64,000 nt of DNA from Azolla caroliniana (taxonomy: Eukaryota > Plantae > Polypodiophyta), in NCBI GenBank assembly GCA_043228905.1, contig JBHGNT010000004.1, positions 11,656,001-11,720,000 on the forward strand. The letters run 5' to 3'. The notes under the pieces are model-generated. The model was not told where the DNA came from. It saw only the letters and a list, made by a program, of their open reading frames with translations, and did not search any database. Below are positions 1-11,750 of this stretch, piece by piece. How positions within the stretch are numbered: position 1 is the stretch's first letter; each line of letters opens with the position of its first letter. The position numbers and the translations under genes are program-made.

Positions 1-1365
1 ATTGGTGTTAAGCAAGGATGCCCACTCTCACCAACACTATTTGGTCTATGCATTGATGAATTGGAGGAAATGGTTACCAAGTTTGCAAAGGAAGAATGTG
101 TTGAAGAAGTTGCCATTGGGAATGTTGTGATTATGCTTTTGCTATATGCAGATGATGTAGTGCTTTTTGCAAATACTTTAGGAGATGCACAAAAGCTTAT
201 GAAGGCATTGGAAAAATTTTGCATGCATACTAAATTAAGTGTCAATAGCTCTAAAACAAAGATTATGCTTGTGAAGAGCCAAAAAAGAGATAAACCATGC
301 ATTATGTACAACAATGAGCCACTTGAATGTGTGGAAAGCTTCAAATATCTTGGCCTTGAAGTTCCTTCAAATCATAGATGGAATGAATGTGCTACACACC
401 GCTTAGAGGCGGGTAAGCGAGCATACTATGCATTTGAGAACACATGCAATCTTGGAGATATTAAGTGTTGGGTCCTCAAGAAATATCTTTTCGACACTTT
501 GGTGACACCGGTTCTTCTCTATGGGGTGGAAGTATGGGGCGGTAACATCCCTAAATCTATGTGGAAAGAGTTTGAAAATGTGCAAAAGCATTTTCTTACC
601 AAGTTTCTACAAGTTAAGAAACAAACGCCCTACACCCTCCTCCTTGAGACGGGATCGCTTCCCATTGAGATCATGGCCATGGAAAGGGTTGTTGAATACA
701 TGCTTAAGGTTCAAAAAAGTCCCTCACATCGACTTCCTAGAATTGCGTGGGAAGCAAGCAAAAAGATCCAAAAGACGCATAAAAGCAAAATTTTGTGTTC
801 CAGTTGGATGCAAGATATAGAAAAATGGTTTGGTAGATGGGACGCGAGACACTTGCTTCATGATGCATCATTAGATTCCTCTGTAAATGAGGCATTTTTG
901 CAACGCCAATGTATCATGACATGGGACAAATGTGGAGGCTCACGCTTCACACATTATACTACACATGTTGCACCTAACTACAAAACCATATTCTTTGCGG
1001 AACGGGGAAATCGTACACATCCATACATGTTAGAGCCCATACCGTTATCTGCCATTCGAACCATTGCTTCGATGTGACTCAGCTCACATGCATTGCGATG
1101 TGAAACAGGGCGTTGGGGTACAAGTGATGAGAGTGGTCGACTATGCACACTTTGCCCTAAACAAGTTCGCGAGTCTGAGTATCACACTTTGATACAATGC
1201 TCTGCCTTTGATCATATTCGACCATGCTTTCCACATCTCTTCGATCGAGCCCAATCTTTGCATGAATTCCTCTCACAACCACAATGTGCACTCTCGATTG
1301 CAACATTCATTGGTAAAGTTCTTGAACATCGAGAGTCACTACTCACTTTCACACGTATCACGTGA
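1..1365 (+). pseudogene. LINE ORF2 (reverse transcriptase plus C-terminal Cys/His domain) with one premature stop
   Basis: ORFs 61..1077 and 1093..1365 are in the same frame, separated by TGA at 1075-1077 (probably CGA>TGA). Confidence 0.88.
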
Positions 1366-1420
1366 AATGTAATATTTTTGGTCTCATAGGTCATATTTGA
1401 CCTCCGAAGACGATAATATA

Positions 1421-1440
1421 ATCTATCTATCTATCTATCT
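1421..1440 (+). repeat. (ATCT)5 microsatellite tail of the LINE
   Basis: atctatctatctatctatct lies 55 nt after the ORF2 stop. Confidence 0.85.
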
Positions 1441-1846
1441 CTGTCGGAGGATTTGCGTAGTTCTGCTCGAAGACGGTCAATTTCGGATTCCGCTAGCTGC
1501 ACGGCCCTTTTTGCTTTTGAGGCGATGGCGGTCTGAGCCTCGATTTCTTCTTTGAGAGTGTTGATAATGTGGTTCGGTGGCGGGGTTTTGTGTTGAGACG
1601 TAGTCGTGTGAGCTTCCAACTCCGCGATGCGTGCGTTGGCCTTTTGTAGTTTAGCTTCGGTCAGTTTCACCTTCTTCCAGACATTCTTATTTTTTATGGC
1701 CATCTCCTTGGCGCCCGTGCTGACCTTTGCCAGTTCCCGATGGACTTCGACTAGGGTTGTGTTTAAGGGTGGTATTTCCATCCCTACTCGCTGTACCCCG
1801 GCGTTCCTCTATCTGCCGACCCTGGCTAGCCGGTCCTCATCGTCGT

Positions 1847-3234
1847 TGTTGCGAAAATACGACGAGGATACGTGAACTTTGAGGCAGGAGCCCGGGGCCT
1901 CCCACCGGAAGATATCAGATTCGTATGATTATATTAAACAATTAATACAAAATGATAAAGATTCACAAATTTCATTAATAACGGAAAAGAAAGATTACAA
2001 TCAATCTCAAGATTGAGATTACAAAAGTTTTATCTTAAGGAGATTGCTAGAATAATAGATTAGAAGAAACTAAGATATGGATTCCATAGAGATTTAGGGT
2101 TCTTGGCTTTCATAAGAGATTATGGTTATATGAGTATTATGGCTTCCATAGGGAAGATTAACGTTTTTGAGTGTTATGGCTTCCGTAGGGAAGATTAGGG
2201 TTTATGAGAGATATGACTTTCCTAAGATAAGGGAGTTGAGAAGGAAAAGAAAATTAAGATAATAGGGCGAGTCCTAGTATAGGAAAAAAATAGAATATAT
2301 ATGGTGTTCCCCGTTGATCATATGCATGTCTACTTTTTGTTGCATGGCCTCTACTTTTAGTTGCAAGGCTTTTTCTTTTAGTTGCATGGCTTTTTCTTTT
2401 TGTTGCATGCGACCGTCCACATGAGCTTTACTTTTTGCATGCACTCCAACTTTAGTTGCTTGCGTCCACATGGCCTTTACTTTAGTTCTCTTCTCTTTAC
2501 TTTAGTTTGTTGCATGATCCAATCTTCCGTCCGTCCGCATCCAACCTCGTCCGGTAGCCGGTTCCGCTCGATCGCCGAATCCCTCGCCGACCGGTTCTGT
2601 TTTGCTTGCCGGCCGGTTTCGGTTTCGGTTTTGCATACCAGCCAATTTCCGGTTTGCATACCAGTTCCGGTTCAGGTTTTGCTTACTAGCCGGTTCCGGT
2701 TTTGCATACCGTCCGGTTCCGGTTTTGCATACCGGCCAGTTTCCGATTTGCAAACCGGTTCCGGTTCCGGTTTTGCATACCGGCTAGTTTCCGATTTGCA
2801 TACCAGTTCCGGTTCCGGTTTTGCTTGCCGGCCGGTTCCGGTTCCGGTTTTGCTTACCGACCGGTTTCCGATTTGCATACCGGCCAGTTTCCAGATTTGT
2901 TTACCGGCCGGTTTCCGGTTTTAGGGAATTTGGCCACCATCATCCATCAAGACAAAGTGGCCAAAGTGCTCTTAGCACAAATGAAAAATGATGGAGCTCA
3001 AGGGGCTTATATAGCCAGGGCCTTAACTTTCCTATTTATGTGGGATAGTTCTAATTTCCCTATCTTCTCAAACTTTATTTTCACATAACTTGATATGTAT
3101 TTCTCCATTTTGTATATAGTAAAATACGTTTTGAAGCTCTTGATTATATCCATCTTTCTATAGTAAGATACTAATCTAATCTATAATAATTATTTCATTA
3201 TTTTTTTACATAGTGTGTGAAGATTCACACGACA
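1847..3234 (-). mobile_element. Solo LTR of a Ty3/gypsy element (C-like lineage), about 1.39 kb
   Basis: Minus-strand termini TGTCG...CAACA; both ends resemble LTRs 19716-20434 and 29735-30435; minus-strand TATA near 3008-3013; flanks TCGT/TCGC. Confidence 0.75.
2550..2920. repeat. Degenerate CCGG-rich tandem array inside the solo LTR
   Basis: Repeated ccggtt/ccggttttgcatac/ccggccagtttccgatttgca units. Other short arrays lie at about 2090-2230 and 2320-2520. Confidence 0.9.
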
Positions 3235-3707
3235 TCGCTCTCTGTTGTTTGTGTTAGGGCGCGCTCTATCATCTGACGTTCCGCATGCTCCTCGGCCATT
3301 CGTTGGGCGGCTTTGACCTGTTGTGTTGCCAGGAACTCCATGAGCTCGAAAGAGGTACCGAACTGCAAGAGGGCGCTGAATTCGTGGGCCGTATCCGGAA
3401 TATCCGGATATGCCAAAACCTCGCTTTTCGCCGTCAATACGGCTTTCCCTCGTTGGGACTGAGTCGTAATAATCGGCCGCGGCTCCCGGATGATTTCGAA
3501 GGTGGTATTCGGCTCTGCTGTTGCGGGGCCTTCGCCTGCGGTTGGTTCCTCCGGATCCGTGGGGGCGGTTTTTACCAACCCCAGCTCATCTTTTCTGTCC
3601 AATCTACGCCGTTTTGGTCTAAGGCTTTCCCGCCGTGCTTTGGTGTCTAGTTCTAGGGCCTGCTTCCATGGGGTGTCTCGAGTGGCTAGGCCACCTCCAC
3701 TCTTAGT

Positions 3708-4590
3708 TCAAGTTACCTTGAACTCTCTATGCTCCACACATAGACATAAAGATAATAACTTTTGCTCTACCTTATATATGGTGAGAACCTTATTCGTCCT
3801 ATCTATGTGGGATATCTAACAATTTTCTCTTTTTCTTTCGCAACTTCTTACCCACATAAGTTGACACTTAGATGTTCGTTTTTTATGTAGTAAAGTGCAT
3901 CTCTTCAAGATCTTCGTCTTTTGTACTAAGATATTAAACTTACTTAGAATTAGTATATTCACTATTATTGTTTTATATGATTAACACTTGATTTCGTATG
4001 TCTTATGTGATTTTCACACCATTGCCGAAAATCTTCACGAAATTCACCCCACCAAACCGCACGTCCTCCGGTACGTGCCAAGAAGAGAGAAAGTGAGATT
4101 TCGGCTACGGTGTTTAATCAGATTCGTCCATGTCTTCATTTATATCCGCCCTATTATGTTCATCGTCGAGGTGATCAAGGTCAAGATCCTCGTCTTGTCT
4201 TTTCTTGAAAATCTTTACTCTTTTCCTCGCAATGGGTACGACCAACCTTGATCCGTCTAGCTCCGCAAGGTGGTATGTGGCATTATCGTTGGCACTTGTC
4301 ACCACATACGGCCCGAACTATCTTCTTGAGAACTTTCTTGTTGTACTGTGTTGATTGTCAAGGCTGCTGTCGTAAACCAAAACCCAATCTCCTTCTTCAA
4401 TCTTCTTGGGACGATGTCGATGCGTGTTGTCGTACCGAACTTTGTTCTTTACTCAGGCTGCCTCCATCATCTTTTGCGCTTTTTCTAGATCTTCAGGTCT
4501 TCTTTCAAGTTGCCTTATCCGCGCCGCTAATAACTCTTCTCGGCTCATCTCGTTCTCCCATGGTATCGCTACCCATGAGGCGATCGTCCA
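3708..4590 (-). mobile_element. 3' fragment of a C-like Ty3/gypsy element (integrase tail, PPT, truncated 3' LTR)
   Basis: WENEMSREELLAARIRQLERRPEDL and YHLAELDG match element C at 19100-19500; PPT-like TTTGGTGGGGTGAA; LTR starts at 4042 and resembles the start of LTR 29735. Confidence 0.75.
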
Positions 4591-6178
4591 GTGAAAACGG
4601 TCCCACGAAATCGAGTCCCCATTTCTGAAATGGATCCAACGGCAACACTGGTTGATGTGGCATCCTTGCGACCTCCGTGGGCTGACCCATCCGTTGACAC
4701 AAATCACATTGTTTGCAATATTCATACGCATCCCTTTGCGTAGTCCGCCACCATAGGCTGGCTTGCTAGACTTTACGAGCCGTAACATCACCCGCGTAGT
4801 GTCCTAATGCCGTACCACAGTGAGCTTCACGTAAAACCACTTCCTTCTCATCCTAGCATATTCTGCGTCGCCAGATTCCGTCGCTGCCTTTGTGATATAG
4901 GACCCCTTCAACCAGACAGAAGTTACGACTTCGGATAACCAATCGTTTCTTTTCATCCGTCCTTAATTGTGGTGGTGGTAATCCTATGGTCTGAAAGAAT
5001 GTCATCTCCATCAACCAATGATCGGGAAAAGATTTTTCCGTATGTGTCGCTATAGTTGCGATCCGCAAGATGTCTGCATTAGGAAAGTCGTCGTCATCCT
5101 TTCGCACCATTCTCCATTATCTATCCTGCTTAAGAAATCCGTTACGGCGTGTTGCGTACCCGGTCGATGTTGTATAACAAAGTCGAACTCTTGAAGCAAC
5201 AACATCCATCTAGCCAATTTTCCTGTTAGTGCCTGCTTCCCTACCAGGTATAACAACGTCATGTGTTCCATGTGAAACGTAAATTTCCGCCCCAGTAGAT
5301 AATGTCGGAATTTATTGATGTTGTATATCATCCCCAACGCTTCTCGTTCTGTTGTGGAGTAGTTACGCTCCTTCTTTGATATCTTCCTACTAGCGTAATA
5401 TACTGGTCTGTACCAAGTCGGCTCCGCAAGCTGCATCAATGCACACTACCTATTGTTATGTCTGAGGCGTCTACAAAAACGTGAAATGGTTTCCTCCAAT
5501 CGGGTGGTTGTACGACTGATGCTTGAGTCAGCATTATTTTAAGCACATTGTACTCCTTTTCTTCCATTCGTCCAGTTGAAAGGTGTAAGGTGGACAGCGG
5601 CATGTAACGGTGTGGCGAAATCCGCCAGATATCGTAACATCCAACTATGCCAACGTATTTGTCCTAGGAAACGGTTGAGTGCTTTGGCCGTTGTCGATGT
5701 TTTTGCTTGAATGATCGCGGAAATTTTATTAGGATCCACCACTATCCCCTCCTTGTTGACGATGTGGCCGAGGAGGGCTCCGCTTGTGACGCCGAACGCG
5801 CATTTGGCTGGATTCAGGCTTAAGCGTGCAGCCTGGCAGCGCTCCAAACACAGTCGTAAATGACTCAGATGGTTGGCTGTTGTGCCATACACCGCAAAAT
5901 CGTCTAGAAAGACTTGCATGAAGGCGGGTATGTAATCCCCAAAAATTTCCGTAATTGTCCGTTGGAATGTCGCGGGCGTCGTCTTTAACCCAAACATCAT
6001 GACTACTGCGACATAAACTCCGTCTTCTCTTGGTCGTCAGGATGCATGCGTACTTGATTGTATCCACTAAAGCCATCTAGAAAACTGTACATGTCATGCC
6101 CTGCGACTGCGTCCAATATGCTGTCGGTGAAAGGTAAGGGAAACGCATCTGTAATGGTTACGGCGTTCAACTTCCAAT

Positions 6179-6601
6179 TGTCAGGAATAGTACTAAAGCA
6201 GAGATGGAATTAGTACTAAGAAGAGCAATACTATTAGTACTAAGAGGACGGGATTGCGTAAGATTCCCGAGAGAGAGATAGCGAGGATGAGAGAGAGAGA
6301 AAGATGATGACAACAACTAATATATTATGTGAAAAAGATAAGTACAAGCGGCTAAGAGGCTTAAGACTGGCGTTGAACCAATTTGGTTCAACATAATGCC
6401 TAGTGCCTTCTTTTATAGTGTTGTCAGGAGTAATCCTGAAACTTCTAGAATGTTCCAGAGAAATCTAGAATATACATTAATTTCTTATAATAAAACATAA
6501 ATGAAAATAATATCTTATGAATTACAATAGATGGTGTGATGGTTAAGAGCTCGACCCATATACCATAAGGTCATGGGTTCGAGTCTTTCCATATCATGAC
6601 A
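6179..6601 (-). repeat. 3' LTR of element B
   Basis: TGTCA...TGACA; near-identical to 11304-11750 apart from a 24-bp indel and a few substitutions. Confidence 0.95.
6525..6598 (+). promoter_or_regulatory. tRNA-like Pol III A/B-box cassette in the 3' LTR of B
   Basis: A box TGGTGTGATGG at 6532-6542 and B box GGTTCGAGTCT at 6576-6586, with tRNA-like 44-nt spacing. Confidence 0.7.
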
Positions 6602-6639
6602 CTACCTCCCCCTTAAAGACGACGAGTGGAACGAGTCAG

Positions 6640-9600
6640 CGTTGATTGCGGACCGGGTTTGTTCGGATACTTTCGGTGGAAATCAGCAAGCAGATCCTGA
6701 GCATTGGCAACATGCTCGATGGGTTCCCAAGTGCGTATTGGCAACATGCTCGACGGGTTCCCAAGTGCGTTCGCTCGGACTATAACCAAGCCAATCGACT
6801 AAATAATAAAGTTTGTTGCGAATAAGTTTGGAATCGAGGATGGCAGCAACTTCATACTCCGGGCCGGCGTCCAACTCCAGCGGGGGCGGCGGTGGTGTAA
6901 CACGATCGGGAATGGTGTTTGCTTTATAAGGTTCAAGAAGAGAACAATGGAAAACCGGATGTATCTGAAGCTGCGGAGGGAGATCAAGGCGGAATGTGAC
7001 ATCATTAACCTTACCCGTAATACAGAAAGGACCGAGTCGTCGATAATCCAACTTGTCGCACGGTCGAGTAGTCTTGATGTGACGACGTAAGAGCCATACT
7101 TGATCTCCGATGGCAAAAGAGGAGGGAAGCCGATGATGATCCGCGTAAGTCTTCTGTGTCTGTTGAGCATGATGAAGATGAGTCGAGAGATCTGTCTAGA
7201 TCTTGTGTAGTCTCTCCAAATGATCCCCGGCACGAGGATTGGTAGGTAGCTCCGGGGTGTCGATCACCGACCAACGAGGATGAGAACCGGTATAAGCGTA
7301 GAATGGGGAGACTCGAGTCGAGGAGTGAACAACATTATTATACGCAAACTCCGCAAAGTGGAAAATCTCGGCCCAATCGTCCTGTTGATAACTCAGGAAA
7401 CACCGGAGATATTGCTCTAGCGTTTGGTTTGTTCGTTCTGCCTGCCCATCGGTCTGAGGATGGTAGCCGGAGGAGAGGTTGCAAGAGACCTTGAGCATCT
7501 TGAAGAGATGCTGCCAAAATTTGGAGACAAATTGCGGTCCTCGGTCACTAATGATACTGTCTGGGAGGCCATGATGCCGAAATACCTCACGCATGACTAG
7601 GGCGGTGGTTTCCTCGCTAGTGATGGCCTTAGTACACGGGACAAAATGTGCCATCTTCGTATATCGATCGACGACGGTTAAGATAACATCGAACCCCTGC
7701 GAGACCGGCAAATCTGTGATAAAATCAAGACAAATAGACTGCCACGGCTTACTTGGAATCGGTAAGGGTTCCAAGAAGCCATATGGATGGTGTTGTGGCA
7801 TTTTTGCTCGACAGCAAGCATCATAGGTCCGAACGTAGTCGTCGACAAAACGGCGCATGTGGGGCCACCAAAAAGATCGTTGCACTAGCTCCAACGTCTT
7901 AGTACTACCGAAATGTCCCGCCGTACGGGAGTCGTGACAATACTGGACGATTTGAAGGCGACAGGAGCAATCGGGGACATATACACGCTTTTTAAAGAAT
8001 AACAAACCATCATGATATTCGAATTGTCGGTAGTCAATACCTGGTTGTTGAGACTGAGAACAGGATGCCCGAGAAGTATCAATGTGTGCCAGGATGCCCG
8101 AGAAGTATCAAGTTTGCACGTATGTCATCGGTAATCCGTGAATCCATCGGGGTGTGAAAAATCCGCGTCGTGTGCAATCGTGTTGGTCCCAAGATTACTT
8201 GCTTTTGATTATCAAATGTTGGATCACCAGGATGAGGTGCAAGATATGAACGCCGTGATAGTGCATCTGCTTTTCCTTGCTGCTTCCCCGGTCGATATGT
8301 GATTTTGAAGTCGAAACGCGTGAGGAATTGCGCCCACCGAGCTTGTCGTCGATTTAGTACGCGAGCGTTCCGGAAATAAGCAAGATTTTTATGATCACTA
8401 AAGACAATGACCTGATGTGGAGAGCCCTCTAAGAAATGCCACCATTGCACAAATGAATCCACAATGGCTAATAACTCCTTGTCATGTATTTCGTAGTTGA
8501 TTTCCGCGACATCGAATTTGCGCGAGTGGAAAGCCACCGGATGCAACTCTTCTTTATCTCCTTGTTGAGAAAGGATGCTACCAAGGGCGAAATCTGAAGC
8601 GTCGGCCTCCATGATGAATGGATTGTTGGTATCCACATGAGCTAGAATCGGTGCTGATGTAAAGGCTTTCTTAAGATGCCGAAAAGCCATATCTGAAGCA
8701 AAACCTAGAAAACATTGTACATCTCGTACCAACCGTGGAATTTGCCATTCTAGTACAGTTTGGACTTTAGCTGGATCCATGGCGATGCCCTTTGAGGAGA
8801 TGACATAGCCTAGAAATTCCACTTGCTTGCAGTCAAAGCTACATTTTTCTAGCTTGGCATAAAGACCATTCTCGCGGAGTCGCTTTAGTACTAATAGTAC
8901 ATGAGAATCGTGCTCTTGCTGGGTCTTCGAATAAATCAATAGATCAAACAGATATCCAAGAGGTCTCTGAATATATTATTTGCCATGTGTTGGAAGACGG
9001 CCGAACGGCATAATAGTATACTCGAAATGCCCATACTGCGTGCGAAAGGCGGTCTTTCATTCATCTCCCAGTCGGATCCGCACGAGGTTATACGCTCCTC
9101 GTAGATCAATTTTGGTAAAAAACTTGGCACCATTAACTCGCTCTAAAAGACTTGATATAAGAGGAAGTGCATACCTATTCTGGGTGGTGACCTTATTCAA
9201 TCCGTGGTAATCAACAACGAGACGAAGTGAGCCATCTTTCTTCTTGACAAAGAAGATGGGTGCACCGGCCGGAGATTTCGAATGACGGATGAACCCGCTT
9301 GCCAAGTTCTCCTCTATGTAGGCTCGAAGGACTTCTAACTCGGTGGGTGACAAGTTGTAAATTGGTCCCCATGGTGGCTCAGTTCCTGGTTGTAAATCGA
9401 TGGGATAGTCATAGGGACGGTGATGAGGAAGGGTACCGGCTTTTACCTTGTCAAATACATCGGCATAAGGATGATATTTTGCCGGAAGTTGTACTAAGGA
9501 GTCCTTCTTAATAGTGCTGGAAGGATGTATTGATATTGCAAATAGGAACATTGCCTCCTTGTGTCCTTCGCGTAATTGATGGAGTGAAATGGTCAAAACT

Positions 9601-10084
9601 CGGTGAGTAGATTCTTGGGGTGGTTGATATCGGACTTCTCTTGTTCTCTAATCTATGGCTGGATTATGGAATTCAAACCAAGGTAATCCTAGGACAATGG
9701 GATGCTCTAGACTAGAAATTATATTAAATGATATTACACACACAAAACTACCTAGGACAACTTGAATGGGTTCTGATTCTTCTACAATATTCCCGGAAGC
9801 AATGGGACGACCATCAATGACTACTACAGATGCGGGACAAGGAAGTTTTCTTAGGGATATCTGAGAAGCTTGGGCAACATTTCGATCCATGAAACAGGAA
9901 TTAGTTCCAGAATCTAAGAGTGCTAGGACGGGTACTGGGGAGTACTTTTAGTACTAACAATGACTTGGGCTAGGAACACATTGCTAACTTGCTTGGAAGG
10001 AATGGAACCACTAATGGGCTGTACAGATCTAGGGCTGATGTCCAACCAAACGACTCCTATTTTGGCTAGACTCAATCGTTTAAC
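6640..10084 (-). pseudogene. pol: pol of element B (PR-RT-RH-IN-chromodomain), disrupted
   Basis: ORF pieces 9648..9890, 9057..9596, 8079..8939, 7196..8005 and 6683..7051. Confidence 0.92.
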
Positions 10085-11229
10085 TCTTCATCTAATTGAC
10101 TAAGGATTTCAAATTTGTTTGAGATACTTGGGCTATTAGTACTATGAATACTATCTGACACTCTATTAGTACTATTAATACTATCAGACACTCCGAAGGG
10201 AAGAATTGACTCGGGTTTAGTACAGGCGACGATTTGATTTACCTGTCTTCTAGGCCTATGGGGACAATTGATGGCGATATGTCCTGGTCCACCGCAATAA
10301 AGACATAATCGATTGGCACATCGTCGTTGCTTTTCTTCTTCCGATAACGGGCCGCGTCGACGCATGGTGTCGATCTCCATCGGGGTCGGAATATTGACTT
10401 GAGGTACATCGCATGCAAACGGTCTAGCCGTGACTGAGGCGTATGTGGGTTCCGGCCGAGAGCGTGGTATTTGTAATTGACGTTCTGAACGCCGTTCGAA
10501 AAGGCGGTTGTCGCATCGGACCGCTCAACTGATTGCCTCTGTAAGAGACTTTGGTTCTTCGGGGAAGGTTAAAAGCAAATCTTTGACATCATTGTGCAAG
10601 CCGTAGCAAAACTGCTCCATGAGGGCTTGATCATCCCTGGAGATATCTGAGGCGAGTAGACGGAAAGCCGCCGCGTAGGCAGAGGCTGGACGATCGCCTT
10701 GACGCAATCTTCAGATCTTGTTGATCGCCGTCCTGATGTTGTTGGTATCTCCAAAGCAGGCTTTAAACTCACCAATAAAATCTTCAAAGTTATTAAGCAA
10801 GGGTGATTGTTTTTCTAGAAGCGGAGCGAACCATGCCAAGGCTGAGCCGCTAAGTAACGTGCCTATTAGGCCGACTCGAGATGCATTAGTGGGATATCGG
10901 GAAGGATGCATCTGGATGACTAAGCGTACCTGATTAAGGAATCCCCGGAATTGCGATCGCGTTCCATCAAATTTCACAGGAAGTCCAATCTTGGGCTCTT
11001 TATGAAATCCTTGGGGACTTGGTCCTTGTTGTTGCAACGCTGCTTCAAGTTGTTGTACCCGTAACACTAACTCCCCATGTTGTTGTTGCGTTTGTTGTTT
11101 TTCGAGAGCGATTTGTTGCAGATCCCCTATCAACCGTTGGTTTTCTTGTTCCAGGGCAACAAACTTTTCTTTTAGGCACTGTAACTCGGAGAAAACGGAT
11201 TGATATTCTTGGGCGATAATAGTAGCCAT
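10072..11229 (-). pseudogene. gag: gag of element B, disrupted
   Basis: KFDGTRSQFRGFLNQVRL, RQGDRPASAYA, MEID and a CCHC knuckle spread over ORF pieces. Confidence 0.9.
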
Positions 11230-11303
11230 AGTAGAGGGAAAAGGGTAGGAGGATGAGGGAGAACGACAAGTAGGCTGGAGGAAAGAAAAAAATTGGTTCA
11301 AAC

Positions 11304-11750
11304 TGTCAGGAATAGTACTAAAGCAGAGATAGAATTAGTACTAAGAAGAGCAGTACTATTAGTACTAAGAGGACGGGACTGCGTAAGATTCCCGAGAGAG
11401 AGGAAGTGAGAAGAGGAGAGAGAGAGATAGCGAGGATGAGAGAGAGAGAAAGATGATGACAACAGCTAATATATTATGTGAAAAAGATAAGTACAAGCGG
11501 CTAAGAGGCTTAAGACTGGCGTTGAACCAATTTGGTTCAACATAATGCCTAGTGCCTTCTTTTATAGTGTTGTCAGGAGTAATCCTAAAACTTCTAGAAT
11601 GTTCCAGAGAAATCTGGAATATACATTATTTTCTTATAATAAAATATAAATGAAAATAATATCTTATGAATTACAATAGATGGTGTGATGGTTAAGAGCT
11701 CGACCCATATACCATAAGGTCATGGGTTCGAGTCTTGCCATATCATGACA
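11304..11750 (-). repeat. 5' LTR of element B
   Basis: Pair of 6179-6601. Confidence 0.95.
11674..11747 (+). promoter_or_regulatory. tRNA-like Pol III A/B-box cassette in the 5' LTR of B
   Basis: A box at 11681-11691 and B box at 11725-11735. Confidence 0.7.

Larger units (their letters stand above)
1..1440 (+). mobile_element. 3' part of a non-LTR retrotransposon (LINE, RTEX-like)
   Basis: RT motifs GVKQGCPLSPTLF and LLYADD; C-terminal ETGRW..RLCTLC..ESEYHTLIQC zinc-binding motif; short 3' UTR ending in (ATCT)5. Confidence 0.9.
1441..3707 (-). pseudogene. Unknown coiled-coil ORF of about 290 codons, split by solo LTR 1847-3234 and cut by the LINE
   Basis: Removing the LTR plus a 4-bp TSD joins ORF 3225..3602 in frame to ORF 1431..1781 (..TTESD|DEDRLARVGR*RNAGVQRVGMEIPP..). 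Confidence 0.6.
6179..11750 (-). mobile_element. Two-LTR degenerate chromoviral Ty3/gypsy element B (Tcn1/Tf1-sushi-like)
   Basis: Paired LTRs; TSD CCAAT/CTAAT; PPT at 6602-6616; gag with CLYCGGPGHIAINC; PR LLDSG; RT; RNase H; integrase; chromodomain (YEVAAILD..YYLVDWLGY..TWEP). Confidence 0.96.

Noticed and set aside
2382-3088. ORFs of 60-180 aa in several frames
   Set aside because: Translations of stop-poor tandem repeats inside a solo LTR.
6525-6598. Functional tRNA gene
   Set aside because: No convincing acceptor or anticodon stem; only the A/B boxes and spacing are tRNA-like.
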